Positions 1 to 8,538 of a stretch of 64,000 nt of DNA are shown here, piece after piece (the stretch's first letter is position 1; every line of letters begins with the position of its first letter). A model generated the notes under the pieces. That model did no database searches, was not told the origin of the DNA, and worked only from the letters and a program-made list of their open reading frames with translations. The DNA is from Candidatus Babeliales bacterium (GTDB lineage Bacteria > Babelota > Babeliae > Babelales > JBFXEV01). The translations under genes were made by a program, and so were the position numbers. The stretch spans positions 1,065,994-1,129,993 of the forward strand of contig JBFXEV010000001.1 of NCBI GenBank assembly GCA_050179755.1, read 5' to 3'.

Positions 1-1
1 G

Positions 2-1060
2 CACATTACGTTATGTGATTTGCCAACACCGGTTATGCAGCTTGAGAGCTTTGGTAACTACATTGGGCATGAAAATATCTATATTAAACGCGATGATCTT
101 TCAGGCACTTATAAGGGAAATGGATTTCGGCTCAATGGTGGTAATAAACCGCGTAAATTAGAATTTCTGCTTGCTGATGCCATTGCTCATGATGCAGAAA
201 CTATTATTACTTATGGTTGTGCGGGCTCTAATCATGCTTTGGCAACGGCAGTATATGCAAAAACATTGGGATTAAATTCCATATTGATGCTTAAGCCACA
301 ACCAAATTCATACACTGTTCGGCATAATTTGTTATTGGATTTGGCACAAGATGCAGATATTCGTTGGTTTGCAAATAATACAACGCGCGCGGATGCTGCG
401 CAAGAACTATTGTTTGAAGATCCGCATGCATATTTAATTCCGACCGGCGGTTCAAATGCAATTGGCGGGTTAGGGTTTGTAAATGCGGCGTTTGAGCTAT
501 ATGAACAAGTTAAGCAAAATGAAGTGCCAATGCCAGACTATATATATCTTGCAACAAGTAGCTGCGCAACCACCGCAGGGCTGCTTTTAGGATTTAAATT
601 ACTTGATATGCCTACCAAGGTGATGGCAATATGCATTGAACCAGAAGATTATCCAGGTCAGTTATTGCACACGCTTGAACAACTTTTTAAAGCGGTAAAT
701 CAAAAGTTACACGAGGCCGATGCATCAATTCCAGTGGTTGATTTTCCTCATGATCACCTGATTATTAATAAAAAATTCTGTGGCACTACGTATGGCTTAT
801 TTATTCCGGAGGGTCAAAACGCGGCGCAAGTTTTTAAAGATACAGAAAACATTCGCCTTGACGGTACGTATAGTGCAAAGCCTGTTGCAGCTATTATTGA
901 TGATGTACAAGCTGGCTTGCTCCAAGACAAAGTGGTATTATTTTGGAATACGTATTGCGGTATTGATTATTCTTATATGACGCATATGGCGCAGTTTCAT
1001 GCATTGCCGCACGAGTTTCATTGCTATTTTGAAGAACCGGTGCAGCCATTTGCAAATTAA
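2..1060 (+). CDS. D-cysteine desulfhydrase / ACC deaminase family PLP enzyme (5' partial)
   Basis: LPTP..., KRDD...GGNKPRKLEFL, SNHA, IPTGGSN, LDGTYSAK motifs. Frame is open back to position 2 (HITLCDLPTP), so the true start lies upstream of the window. Confidence 0.9.
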   Translation, partial: HITLCDLPTPVMQLESFGNYIGHENIYIKRDDLSGTYKGNGFRLNGGNKPRKLEFLLADAIAHDAETIITYGCAGSNHALATAVYAKTLGLNSILMLKPQPNSYTVRHNLLLDLAQDADIRWFANNTTRADAAQELLFEDPHAYLIPTGGSNAIGGLGFVNAAFELYEQVKQNEVPMPDYIYLATSSCATTAGLLLGFKLLDMPTKVMAICIEPEDYPGQLLHTLEQLFKAVNQKLHEADASIPVVDFPHDHLIINKKFCGTTYGLFIPEGQNAAQVFKDTENIRLDGTYSAKPVAAIIDDVQAGLLQDKVVLFWNTYCGIDYSYMTHMAQFHALPHEFHCYFEEPVQPFAN

Positions 1061-1156
1061 GACATTTGCTTTTTGACCATTTGCGCGCGATTTTACTCTG
1101 GAGTACTCTAACAGTAAAGAAGTAGTAAGATTAACCTTTAAAACTAAGGTGCGTCA

Positions 1157-1654
1157 ATGAAAAAGCACGTCTTTTATAATTCTATTTTTCTCTTATGTGC
1201 ACTATGTATGTATGCTCATGATAGTATGTGCATGCGTAAAGTTAGCGCACAAGCAAGTGCATTGCAACGTTTACTAATGCCAAACGTTTTGCAGCGCGCG
1301 TATTCACTGCCCACCGTGCCCAAAGAAGTTGCTCCTCACATTATAGCTCTTGATGAGCAGATTAAGCAGCGTGAACAAGCGGTGAAAGCAATTAAGCGAA
1401 CCAATTGGAAGGTGCGATTACAAGATATAGAATATATAAGTTACCTTCCTCTGCTCGTTGAATCTTGTTTTATTCTAAAATACGGGATTAAAGCAATGCT
1501 GCATCCTATAGGAATGACGGCACTGGCTGCAAGCTTGTTTGTTATGGCAGTAACGCCATTGACTCCTTATGATAAGCGTTTGATTGTACAACATAAAGCA
1601 GCAATTTCTGTATTGCAAGAAGAAAAAGTAGGGCTTTTCAAAAAACATACCTAG
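1157..1654 (+). CDS. Hypothetical secreted/membrane protein
   Basis: AAGG RBS, MKK + hydrophobic leader, C-terminal hydrophobic segment. Confidence 0.7.
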   Translation: MKKHVFYNSIFLLCALCMYAHDSMCMRKVSAQASALQRLLMPNVLQRAYSLPTVPKEVAPHIIALDEQIKQREQAVKAIKRTNWKVRLQDIEYISYLPLLVESCFILKYGIKAMLHPIGMTALAASLFVMAVTPLTPYDKRLIVQHKAAISVLQEEKVGLFKKHT

Positions 1655-1724
1655 CTAAATTAATTTGCCGTGCTAAAATTTGGTGATTGATTAACGTGAA
1701 CTTACTACTAACAAAAGGTGTTTT

Positions 1725-2399
1725 ATGATATCATTGCAAAAACAAGCGCGTTATACAAGTATTTGGGTAGTGCTTATAAGTGGCACTTTGTATGCGCAAC
1801 AAACTACTGAAATTAATCCTGTTACGTTAGAATATAAATACATGAAATTAACACCAAAATCATTTTATTTTATTCGGCATGGGCAAACTGATTGGAACAA
1901 AATCCATCGTTTGCAAGGCCAAATTGATATTCCGTTAAACGAAGAAGGCCGCAGCCAAGCGCGCCAGCTGCAGCAACTTTTGCATAATCTGGATATTTGC
2001 CATGTTTATTATAGCCCATTATCCCGTGCGCAAGAGACCATGCACATTGCGTGCGCGCATTTAGATATTCCTAAATTTGAGGTTGATGCGCTCAAAGAAC
2101 GGCATTTTGGTGAATGGCAAGGCACAGAGTGGGATGAAGTTAAAAAGGATACGCATATGCATGTAGTGCCACAAAATGGTGAATCATATGCAGCATTTCA
2201 TGAACGCGTGCTTACCACCATAAATGGGGTGCTAGAAGCTTCAGAAGGCACCGTGCTTTTTGTGGCGCATGCAGGAACATTTAGAGCCTTGTGTAGAGTT
2301 ATTGATACGCATTTTGAGGCAGCAGTGCATAATTGCCAGTTATTTCATTTTGTGGCACCAGATGCAACATGTGATCAATGGATGATTTATCAAATATAA
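1725..2399 (+). CDS. Histidine phosphatase (PGAM-like) with N-terminal signal-like extension
   Basis: FIRHGQTDWN, SPLSRAQET, ERHFGEW, VAHAG. Confidence 0.9.
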   Translation: MISLQKQARYTSIWVVLISGTLYAQQTTEINPVTLEYKYMKLTPKSFYFIRHGQTDWNKIHRLQGQIDIPLNEEGRSQARQLQQLLHNLDICHVYYSPLSRAQETMHIACAHLDIPKFEVDALKERHFGEWQGTEWDEVKKDTHMHVVPQNGESYAAFHERVLTTINGVLEASEGTVLFVAHAGTFRALCRVIDTHFEAAVHNCQLFHFVAPDATCDQWMIYQI

Positions 2400-2414
2400 A
2401 CTTTAGGATAATTA

Positions 2415-3026
2415 GTGAAAAGATATATTTTTTTAGGCAGCATTTTATTGTTTCAAACAATGTTTCTGCATGGTGAGAGCTGCCTGGATCAGGGGTCTAG
2501 TACTTTTGAAAGAGAAGCATCATGTGGCAAATTTATTGATGAGAAAGTAACTATGGTGGAACGGAATCTAGAAGAATTAGTGGGTGATTGGCAAACATTT
2601 TTTCAAACACATGACTGGCGCTCATTGGTTGCTGGAAGAACCGGGCTAAATCTAGGATGTGGGCTTGTATATGAATTGCCAAACTTTTTGAAGTATCCAA
2701 ATGAAGATCTGGCCATTGTTGATATGACCGGTATTTCTATTTCGGAACCACATTATCATCCTAACATGACAGAAATTTACTTTATGGTAGAAGGGTCAGG
2801 ATGTGTCTATGTTGAAGGGGAAAAATATTGGCTGCAGCAAGGTGATACACTGGTAATTGCACCAAATAAAGCGCATTTTACCGTTCCTGATAAACAATGT
2901 GTGCTTGGCTGTGTGTGCACGCCGCCGTTTCACCCAGATAATTATATTCCGCTTATGCAAACCAATTCAGAAGTAGGCTTTGATTTTGAACAGTTTAAAA
3001 ATTTGCAAGAAAATTGCCGCACATGA
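2415..3026 (+). CDS. Cupin-domain protein with signal peptide
   Basis: PHYHPNMTEIYFMVEGSG...GDTLVIAPNKAH cupin motifs. Confidence 0.85.
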   Translation: MKRYIFLGSILLFQTMFLHGESCLDQGSSTFEREASCGKFIDEKVTMVERNLEELVGDWQTFFQTHDWRSLVAGRTGLNLGCGLVYELPNFLKYPNEDLAIVDMTGISISEPHYHPNMTEIYFMVEGSGCVYVEGEKYWLQQGDTLVIAPNKAHFTVPDKQCVLGCVCTPPFHPDNYIPLMQTNSEVGFDFEQFKNLQENCRT

Positions 3027-3580
3027 AATTAGTTCCTAAATCTTTTTATTTCATTCGCCATGGTCAAACTGATTGGAATGAAGAACAGCGTTTGCAAGGT
3101 CAGACAGATATTCCTTTAAACTTTATGGGGAAACAGCAAGCAGAAACATTGCAGGCATTGGTTGCTACTATTCCTGTTTCTCATGTGTATTATAGCCCGC
3201 TTTCGCGTGCACAAGAAACTATGCATATTGCCTGCAAACATTTGCATGTGCCTAAGGTGGTGTTAGAAGGGCTTAAGGAACGGCATTGTGGCGAGTGGGA
3301 AGGGGTAATACTAGATAAGGCAAAAAAAGAAACATTATTTTTCCATCATGTTCCAGTAAAAGGTGAATCATATCAAGTTTATCATGATCGGGTGATTGGT
3401 GCTATAAATGCCGTGCTTAATGAAGCAGAAGGCCTTGTATTATTTGTAGGGCATGGTGGCAATTTTAGAGTATTATGTAAGGCAATTGAGACCAGCTTTG
3501 CTTTAGCAGGCAATTGTCAGCTTTTTTATTTTGAAGCACCAGATGATGCAAATGATCAGTGGCGAATTTATGTGTTATGA
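3023..3580 (+). CDS. Histidine phosphatase, paralog of 1725..2399
   Basis: MKLVPKSFYFIRHGQTDWN. ATGA overlap with the cupin stop supports a start at 3023. Confidence 0.9.
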   Translation: MKLVPKSFYFIRHGQTDWNEEQRLQGQTDIPLNFMGKQQAETLQALVATIPVSHVYYSPLSRAQETMHIACKHLHVPKVVLEGLKERHCGEWEGVILDKAKKETLFFHHVPVKGESYQVYHDRVIGAINAVLNEAEGLVLFVGHGGNFRVLCKAIETSFALAGNCQLFYFEAPDDANDQWRIYVL

Positions 3581-3634
3581 CACATTGAAACGCTTGAAGA
3601 TTATGCAAAGGATCGGCATTGTTGTTTGCACGCT

Positions 3635-4102
3635 TCAGTCAATGATAGTTCCACCGTCTTTTGGTGAAGATAGCACTATATGTGTCAATGACCTCACTAT
3701 CCCCAGTTTGCTTTTAAGTGAATCAGTAATAAATGATTCAAGTTCGTGAGTGTTCTTTACGCGGACTTTAAGAACATACGAGTATTCACCGGTGATATGA
3801 TGGCATTCCATAATAGAAGGATTTTTTATTATTTCTTTTAAAAAAAATTTATTATGTTGTGGCGTGTCTATAAGTACATAAATAAAGGCACACAGTGATT
3901 TTTCAATAGCAGTAGCTTGTACAAAGGCTGCTATTTTTTTTATAATTCCCTGCGTATGCAGTTTGCGGATCCGCTCATGCGTTGCAGACGGGGAGAGGTT
4001 TATTTTCTGGGCAACTTCACTGTTGGTGAGACTTGCGTCTTCTTGCATTGTTTCTAAAATCTTCTTGTCTATCTCGTCTATGGGCGTATTTTCTATTGAC
4101 AT
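3635..4102 (-). CDS. Lrp/AsnC family transcriptional regulator
   Basis: IDEIDKKILETMQEDAS...LSPSATHERIRKL HTH and ECHHITGEYSYVLKV RAM domain. Start reassigned to ATG at 4102. Confidence 0.92.
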   Translation of the reverse strand: MSIENTPIDEIDKKILETMQEDASLTNSEVAQKINLSPSATHERIRKLHTQGIIKKIAAFVQATAIEKSLCAFIYVLIDTPQHNKFFLKEIIKNPSIMECHHITGEYSYVLKVRVKNTHELESFITDSLKSKLGIVRSLTHIVLSSPKDGGTIID

Positions 4103-4151
4103 TTTTTTATTTCTCCGTATAATATTCTGTATACTATGTGTTCCGTAGTAA

Positions 4152-4180
4152 ATTATACTAAAATTAGCAGGTTTTGTCAA
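4152..4180 (-). promoter_or_regulatory. Sigma70-type promoter for the Lrp/AsnC gene
   Basis: Minus-strand TTGACA-17 nt-TATAAT, a perfect consensus. Confidence 0.8.
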
Positions 4181-4196
4181 CTTATGGAGGTTATTT

Positions 4197-4802
4197 ATGA
4201 GTTTAGTTACAGAAGGCATTGCTGTAGGCTTTTCTATTGCAGCTCCAGTGGGTGCTATTGGTTTGCTCTGTATAGAACATACCATAAATGGAGGGATTAG
4301 GCGCGGAATTGCTGCTGGATTAGGTGCTGCTACTGCTGACATGTTGTATGGTGTTTTGGTTGCACTTGGTTTTACCGCATTGCAAACAACGCTGCTTGAA
4401 TATAAAGCGCCCTTAACTGTTATGGGTGGCTTATTTTTATGCTACCTTGGGATTAAGAAATTTTTCTCATCGCCAAAAAAGGCGGTGGCGCGTCCATTGA
4501 GTGGAGGGCTACTGGCAGCATTTGTGGTTACTTTTTTCTTAACGCTTACTAATCCTGCAACAATATTAGATTTTATGGCTCTTTTTACTGGTCTTAATAT
4601 AAATATGTCTGGATTTATGGAATCTCTTAGTTTTGTTGCCGGTGTCTTTTTAGGATCCGCATTATGGTGGTGTATATTGTGTTTCGTTGTTAATGCGTTT
4701 AGAGTAAAAATTACTACACAAATTCTTAAGTATATTAATTATGTTGCTGGAATAGTAATTTTTGGTTTTGGCGTGTATGCCTTAAGTAAGTTATGGAATT
4801 AA
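4197..4802 (+). CDS. LysE/RhtB family amino-acid exporter
   Basis: GFSIAAPVGAIGLLC, GLGAATAD, TLTNPATI; multi-TM; divergent from the Lrp regulator. Confidence 0.92.
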   Translation: MSLVTEGIAVGFSIAAPVGAIGLLCIEHTINGGIRRGIAAGLGAATADMLYGVLVALGFTALQTTLLEYKAPLTVMGGLFLCYLGIKKFFSSPKKAVARPLSGGLLAAFVVTFFLTLTNPATILDFMALFTGLNINMSGFMESLSFVAGVFLGSALWWCILCFVVNAFRVKITTQILKYINYVAGIVIFGFGVYALSKLWN

Positions 4803-4804
4803 AT

Positions 4805-5404
4805 ATGATAAAATATATAATGGGATACGTAAACGTTTTTATTTTGGTAGTAACTATAAATTTATTTGCGCAACCGCACATGCAGTATGTGATTAGAAAT
4901 GTTGACTATTCAGATAAAGAAAATTTAATGGCTCTTTACAAACGGGTGACTGCTTTGCCTGGTGGATTGATTCGCACGCCGTCAGAAGTTACTGACGGGT
5001 ACATTGATGATCTTCTTAAGAATGGCATTAATCAAGGATTATGTTTAGTTGTTGATTGCAACGGTCTATTAATTGGTGCCATGACTAAATATAAGTTGGG
5101 TCCTCAAAATTTTGCACATGTGTTTTCCGGAGGAAGCATATTAGTGGATCCTGCGTATCAAGGAATAGGCGTGGGCACTCATTTGATCACTACATTTTTA
5201 GAACAGATTAAAGAGCAGTACCATGATATTTTACGCGTTGAAATTGTGGTGCGTGAGTCTAATCCTGCAATTTCTTTATACAAACGTCTTGGCTTTATAG
5301 AAGAGGGCAGATTAGAAAAACGATCACATACAAAAACAGGTAGTTTGGAAGCTGATATACAAATGGTTTGGTTTAATCCCAATTATAAACATAACAACGA
5401 GTAA
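4805..5404 (+). CDS. GNAT acetyltransferase with signal-like N-terminus
   Basis: VDPAYQGIGVGT motif A, NPAISLYKRLGF. Confidence 0.88.
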   Translation: MIKYIMGYVNVFILVVTINLFAQPHMQYVIRNVDYSDKENLMALYKRVTALPGGLIRTPSEVTDGYIDDLLKNGINQGLCLVVDCNGLLIGAMTKYKLGPQNFAHVFSGGSILVDPAYQGIGVGTHLITTFLEQIKEQYHDILRVEIVVRESNPAISLYKRLGFIEEGRLEKRSHTKTGSLEADIQMVWFNPNYKHNNE

Positions 5405-5408
5405 AAAC

Positions 5409-5786
5409 ATGAAAAGAATTACCTTTTTTGCGCTCAGCATTATGATTTTTAAAACTATGCACGTGTGCGGTATGGATCGAGAATCTATTACCAAAGTCAC
5501 ACCCCAAGAAATTAGTACGTTGCTTGAAAAAAAAGCATACGACTATCAAAGAGCAATGTTTGCATCGTATACTGCTAGTGGCAAATTTCTTGATGGGCAT
5601 ATAAACCCAATAGAAGTGGATTATGACATTCTTCTGAAAGAGCAAGTTATTCCGCTATTGATAGCACAAAGAATACAAGGTGCAAAAGCGCAGGGAATAG
5701 CAATAGAAGAAACTGAAATTAGTAATGGAGTTACTGCGCAGGTTCATGCACTATGGAATGCACGCAAAAAAACACGTAAACAATGA
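5409..5786 (+). CDS. Hypothetical secreted protein
   Basis: Signal peptide ending HVCG-MDR. Confidence 0.65.
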   Translation: MKRITFFALSIMIFKTMHVCGMDRESITKVTPQEISTLLEKKAYDYQRAMFASYTASGKFLDGHINPIEVDYDILLKEQVIPLLIAQRIQGAKAQGIAIEETEISNGVTAQVHALWNARKKTRKQ

Positions 5787-5801
5787 TACTTTAAGGGGTG
5801 T

Positions 5802-6773
5802 ATGAAAATAAAACCCATAATCATAAGTTTGCTAGTACTTGCTTGTTTTTCTCTGTATGCATCACAAGATGCGTATACAATAATCAAGCGACTGCCCAAA
5901 GCAGAATTGCATATACATTTAGGTGGTGCGTATCCTCTTAGTTATTTACGCACAATTGCAACGCCAGAGCAATTTGCAGCACTTCAAATGGGTCTAGATA
6001 AAGTAGCAGATAAAGTTGAGTATCAAAATATATTTTCTGCATTTGGTCTTGTCAGCCAAATTGTTAATTCTGAACAAAAGGTTGAAGATGGCACGTATGC
6101 TCTATGCAAAGAATTGCAAGCTGATAGCGTGGAATACGTAGAAATTCGTACGGGCCTTAAAAATATGGGTAATGGATATCAAAGTTATTTAGAGGCCGTA
6201 CTGCGTGGTATAGAACGTGCAATGTGTGCAAACTTTAGAGCATGCGTTATTTTAAGTTTGCAACGCAATGCGACTATGGCATATGCACAAGCCACGATTG
6301 ATCTTGCACGCGCGTATAAAGATCGCGGCATTGTGGGTATAGATATTTCTGGCGATTCAGCCATTGGTGATATAAGGCCAATTTTGCCAATAGTGCTTCA
6401 AGCCAAAACTGCAGGTCTTAAAATTCTCGTGCATATTGGTGAATCCCAATTTGAAACTGACCAAATGCTGTTGCTGGAGACATTGCAGCCAGATAGAGTT
6501 GGCCATGCAGTGCATTTGTGTGATGAGGCATATCAATGGATTATTGCCCACAAAATTCCAGTAGAAGTTTGCTTAACAAGCGCTGAATTGACCATGATGA
6601 TCGACCATCATACTATGCATCCTTGGATTGCATATTATCGCAAAGGTCATCCAATTATTATTGGTACTGATGATCCATTACTATTCAGAACTAATTTAAC
6701 TAATGAATATATGCTGCTTTATGATGCAGGGTTGCTTACACTTGAAGAAATAGCAAATCTTACGCACAATTAA
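5802..6773 (+). CDS. Adenosine deaminase family protein with signal peptide
   Basis: LPKAELHIHLGG, HIGE, RVGHA, EVCLTS, IGTDDP. Confidence 0.9.
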   Translation: MKIKPIIISLLVLACFSLYASQDAYTIIKRLPKAELHIHLGGAYPLSYLRTIATPEQFAALQMGLDKVADKVEYQNIFSAFGLVSQIVNSEQKVEDGTYALCKELQADSVEYVEIRTGLKNMGNGYQSYLEAVLRGIERAMCANFRACVILSLQRNATMAYAQATIDLARAYKDRGIVGIDISGDSAIGDIRPILPIVLQAKTAGLKILVHIGESQFETDQMLLLETLQPDRVGHAVHLCDEAYQWIIAHKIPVEVCLTSAELTMMIDHHTMHPWIAYYRKGHPIIIGTDDPLLFRTNLTNEYMLLYDAGLLTLEEIANLTHN

Positions 6774-6800
6774 TAATTTTAAAGATGCCAAGTCTATATT

Positions 6801-7151
6801 TTAAATATCTTTTCTATCTGCCTGTTCTTGTTGCTCTTGGTATTTTAATGCCAATAGCTTATAAAGTTTGTCTGGATCGCCGGTAAGATTTCGAGTGTTT
6901 GTAGACATGCTTGCCCTGCACAGCCCCAAATGATTACGAGTTACCTCTATAAACTCGTTTTGACTATTTCTAGCGTCATAACCTGGGTAGTGATGACCGT
7001 AAATCTGAGTAATTTTTGTTATCTTAAATTCTTTGAGCGCCGTTTCTATGCGTTGCGTTTCATCCATGGCATACAGCGTTGTATTTTGAAAGTGAACACA
7101 CATAATAACAAGAATTGCGTGAATAGAGAGATAACGTCTAACAATAAACAT
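6801..7151 (-). CDS. Hypothetical secreted protein
   Basis: Signal peptide ending TLYA-MDE. Confidence 0.65.
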   Translation of the reverse strand: MFIVRRYLSIHAILVIMCVHFQNTTLYAMDETQRIETALKEFKITKITQIYGHHYPGYDARNSQNEFIEVTRNHLGLCRASMSTNTRNLTGDPDKLYKLLALKYQEQQEQADRKDI

Positions 7152-7171
7152 GAATTCTGTTCTTTCTTTGT

Positions 7172-8143
7172 TTAGTTTTGAGTAAACAGATGTTGCAATT
7201 TGGTATTAATATCTTGCATGCTTGTTTGTGCGGTAAAATCACACATAAATGGCACTATAGTAATATAGCCTTGTGCAAGAGCAAGGTTGTCTGAATGAGC
7301 GGCAGTATCTTTATAATCTACTACGCATAAATCAATACAAAAATTGTTATCACCTTTATCATACGCTCTAAACACTGTATTTCCTTTAAGATACGTATCA
7401 TACACTGCGTGGCCTGATTTGCATAATGCAATTCCTTTAATAGGAGCTTGTTCTGTTGCGTCAGCTTGTAATGCGGGAATATTCATATTTAATAAAACGC
7501 CATCAGGCAGAAGTTGATCGTTATCATCACGCTGTGCATCAAGTAATTCCACAAAATAAGTAACAAATTTTGCCGTTTCTTGTATACGTGATTCATTTGC
7601 TCCTAAATTAATGCTTATGGCAATACTGGGTAGTGATTTTCTCCCCATGCATACGCTGCGTGCCACTTGTGCAGCACCCACGGTGCCAGAATGCACACAA
7701 CGAATGCTTACATTTTCACCACGGTTAGGCCCAGAAAGCACAATATCAGGCTCACATCCAGCGCGGTACATTAATTCTTCACCCACAAGCACGCATTGGC
7801 CCGGAGTGGCCGGCCAGGATTTCCCTGCAAGTGGCCCAGCAATGTAGCCTATTTCTGTGCTTTGTACTGCAAATTCTTGATGGCCAAGTGGGATTAATTG
7901 CACATGCTTGCTTGAAAGTTGTACTGAGGTGCCGCAACCACTTTGGTTTGAAGAAGGGGCCACTAAAAATACGTTGTGGCCAGCATCACGCAGAGTTTGT
8001 TTGAGTGCTTGTATTTCAAGCGTGTGATAGCCATCATCATTAGTCAGAAGAATATTGAGCTTGCGTGGTTCTTTTGCGCAGACAAAATTTATTATAGTGG
8101 TGTTTGTAAGCACGATGCTGAGTAGGAGAAACATTTTCTTCAT
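7172..8143 (-). CDS. surE: SurE family 5'/3'-nucleotidase with signal peptide
   Basis: ILLTNDDG, VAPSSNQSG, SGPNRGEN, HSGTVGAA. Confidence 0.9.
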   Translation of the reverse strand: MKKMFLLLSIVLTNTTIINFVCAKEPRKLNILLTNDDGYHTLEIQALKQTLRDAGHNVFLVAPSSNQSGCGTSVQLSSKHVQLIPLGHQEFAVQSTEIGYIAGPLAGKSWPATPGQCVLVGEELMYRAGCEPDIVLSGPNRGENVSIRCVHSGTVGAAQVARSVCMGRKSLPSIAISINLGANESRIQETAKFVTYFVELLDAQRDDNDQLLPDGVLLNMNIPALQADATEQAPIKGIALCKSGHAVYDTYLKGNTVFRAYDKGDNNFCIDLCVVDYKDTAAHSDNLALAQGYITIVPFMCDFTAQTSMQDINTKLQHLFTQN

Positions 8144-8152
8144 GTGGTTCCT

Positions 8153-8343
8153 TTAAAGTGAAAATTTTCTTGGTAATCGTATGCCAAACATAGTAGTAAT
8201 TTCGCGTGCATTACCGTCTGGTAATGTGCTTGCCAATTCTTCAAGCGTTATTGTGTGATTGCCTTGTTTGCCAATGATAATTACTTCTTCATCATTATAA
8301 ACTTCATCTTGCCCAATATCCACCATAAATTGATCCATGCAAA
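8153..8343 (-). pseudogene. Orphan 3' end of alanine racemase (CMDQFMVD...RLPRKFSL*)
   Basis: 8161..8343 matches 13896..14078 over 183 bp with one mismatch seen; no 5' part of the gene precedes it. Confidence 0.92.
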
Positions 8344-8347
8344 ATAG

Positions 8348-8443
8348 ATGCATGCGCAATACATCCAATTGCCTCAAGAGCTTCATCGTTATTTTGAGCT
8401 GCTGATGCAAGCGCTTGCCCGCTTTTCTTATAGACCACATTAA
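8348..8443 (+). pseudogene. Diverged 3' fragment of a D-cysteine desulfhydrase homolog
   Basis: AQYIQLPQELHRYFELLMQALA aligns ungapped to AQFHALPHEFHCYFEEPVQPFA (989..1054), 11/22 identical. Confidence 0.65.
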
Positions 8444-8538
8444 GTTTTACAAAATCTGACCCTTTGCAATATAATCAGAAAATCTTGGGATGCGCTCAGT
8501 CTCATATGTGTTGAACTAGTATACTTATTGGAGTATAA

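Noticed and set aside
4103..4342. N-terminal extension of the Lrp ORF
   Set aside because: Overlaps lysE antisense and the consensus promoter; the Lrp domain starts at 4102.
8153..8440. 95-aa ORF as a real gene
   Set aside because: Chimera of the alr 3' duplicate and the antisense of the dcyD-like fragment.
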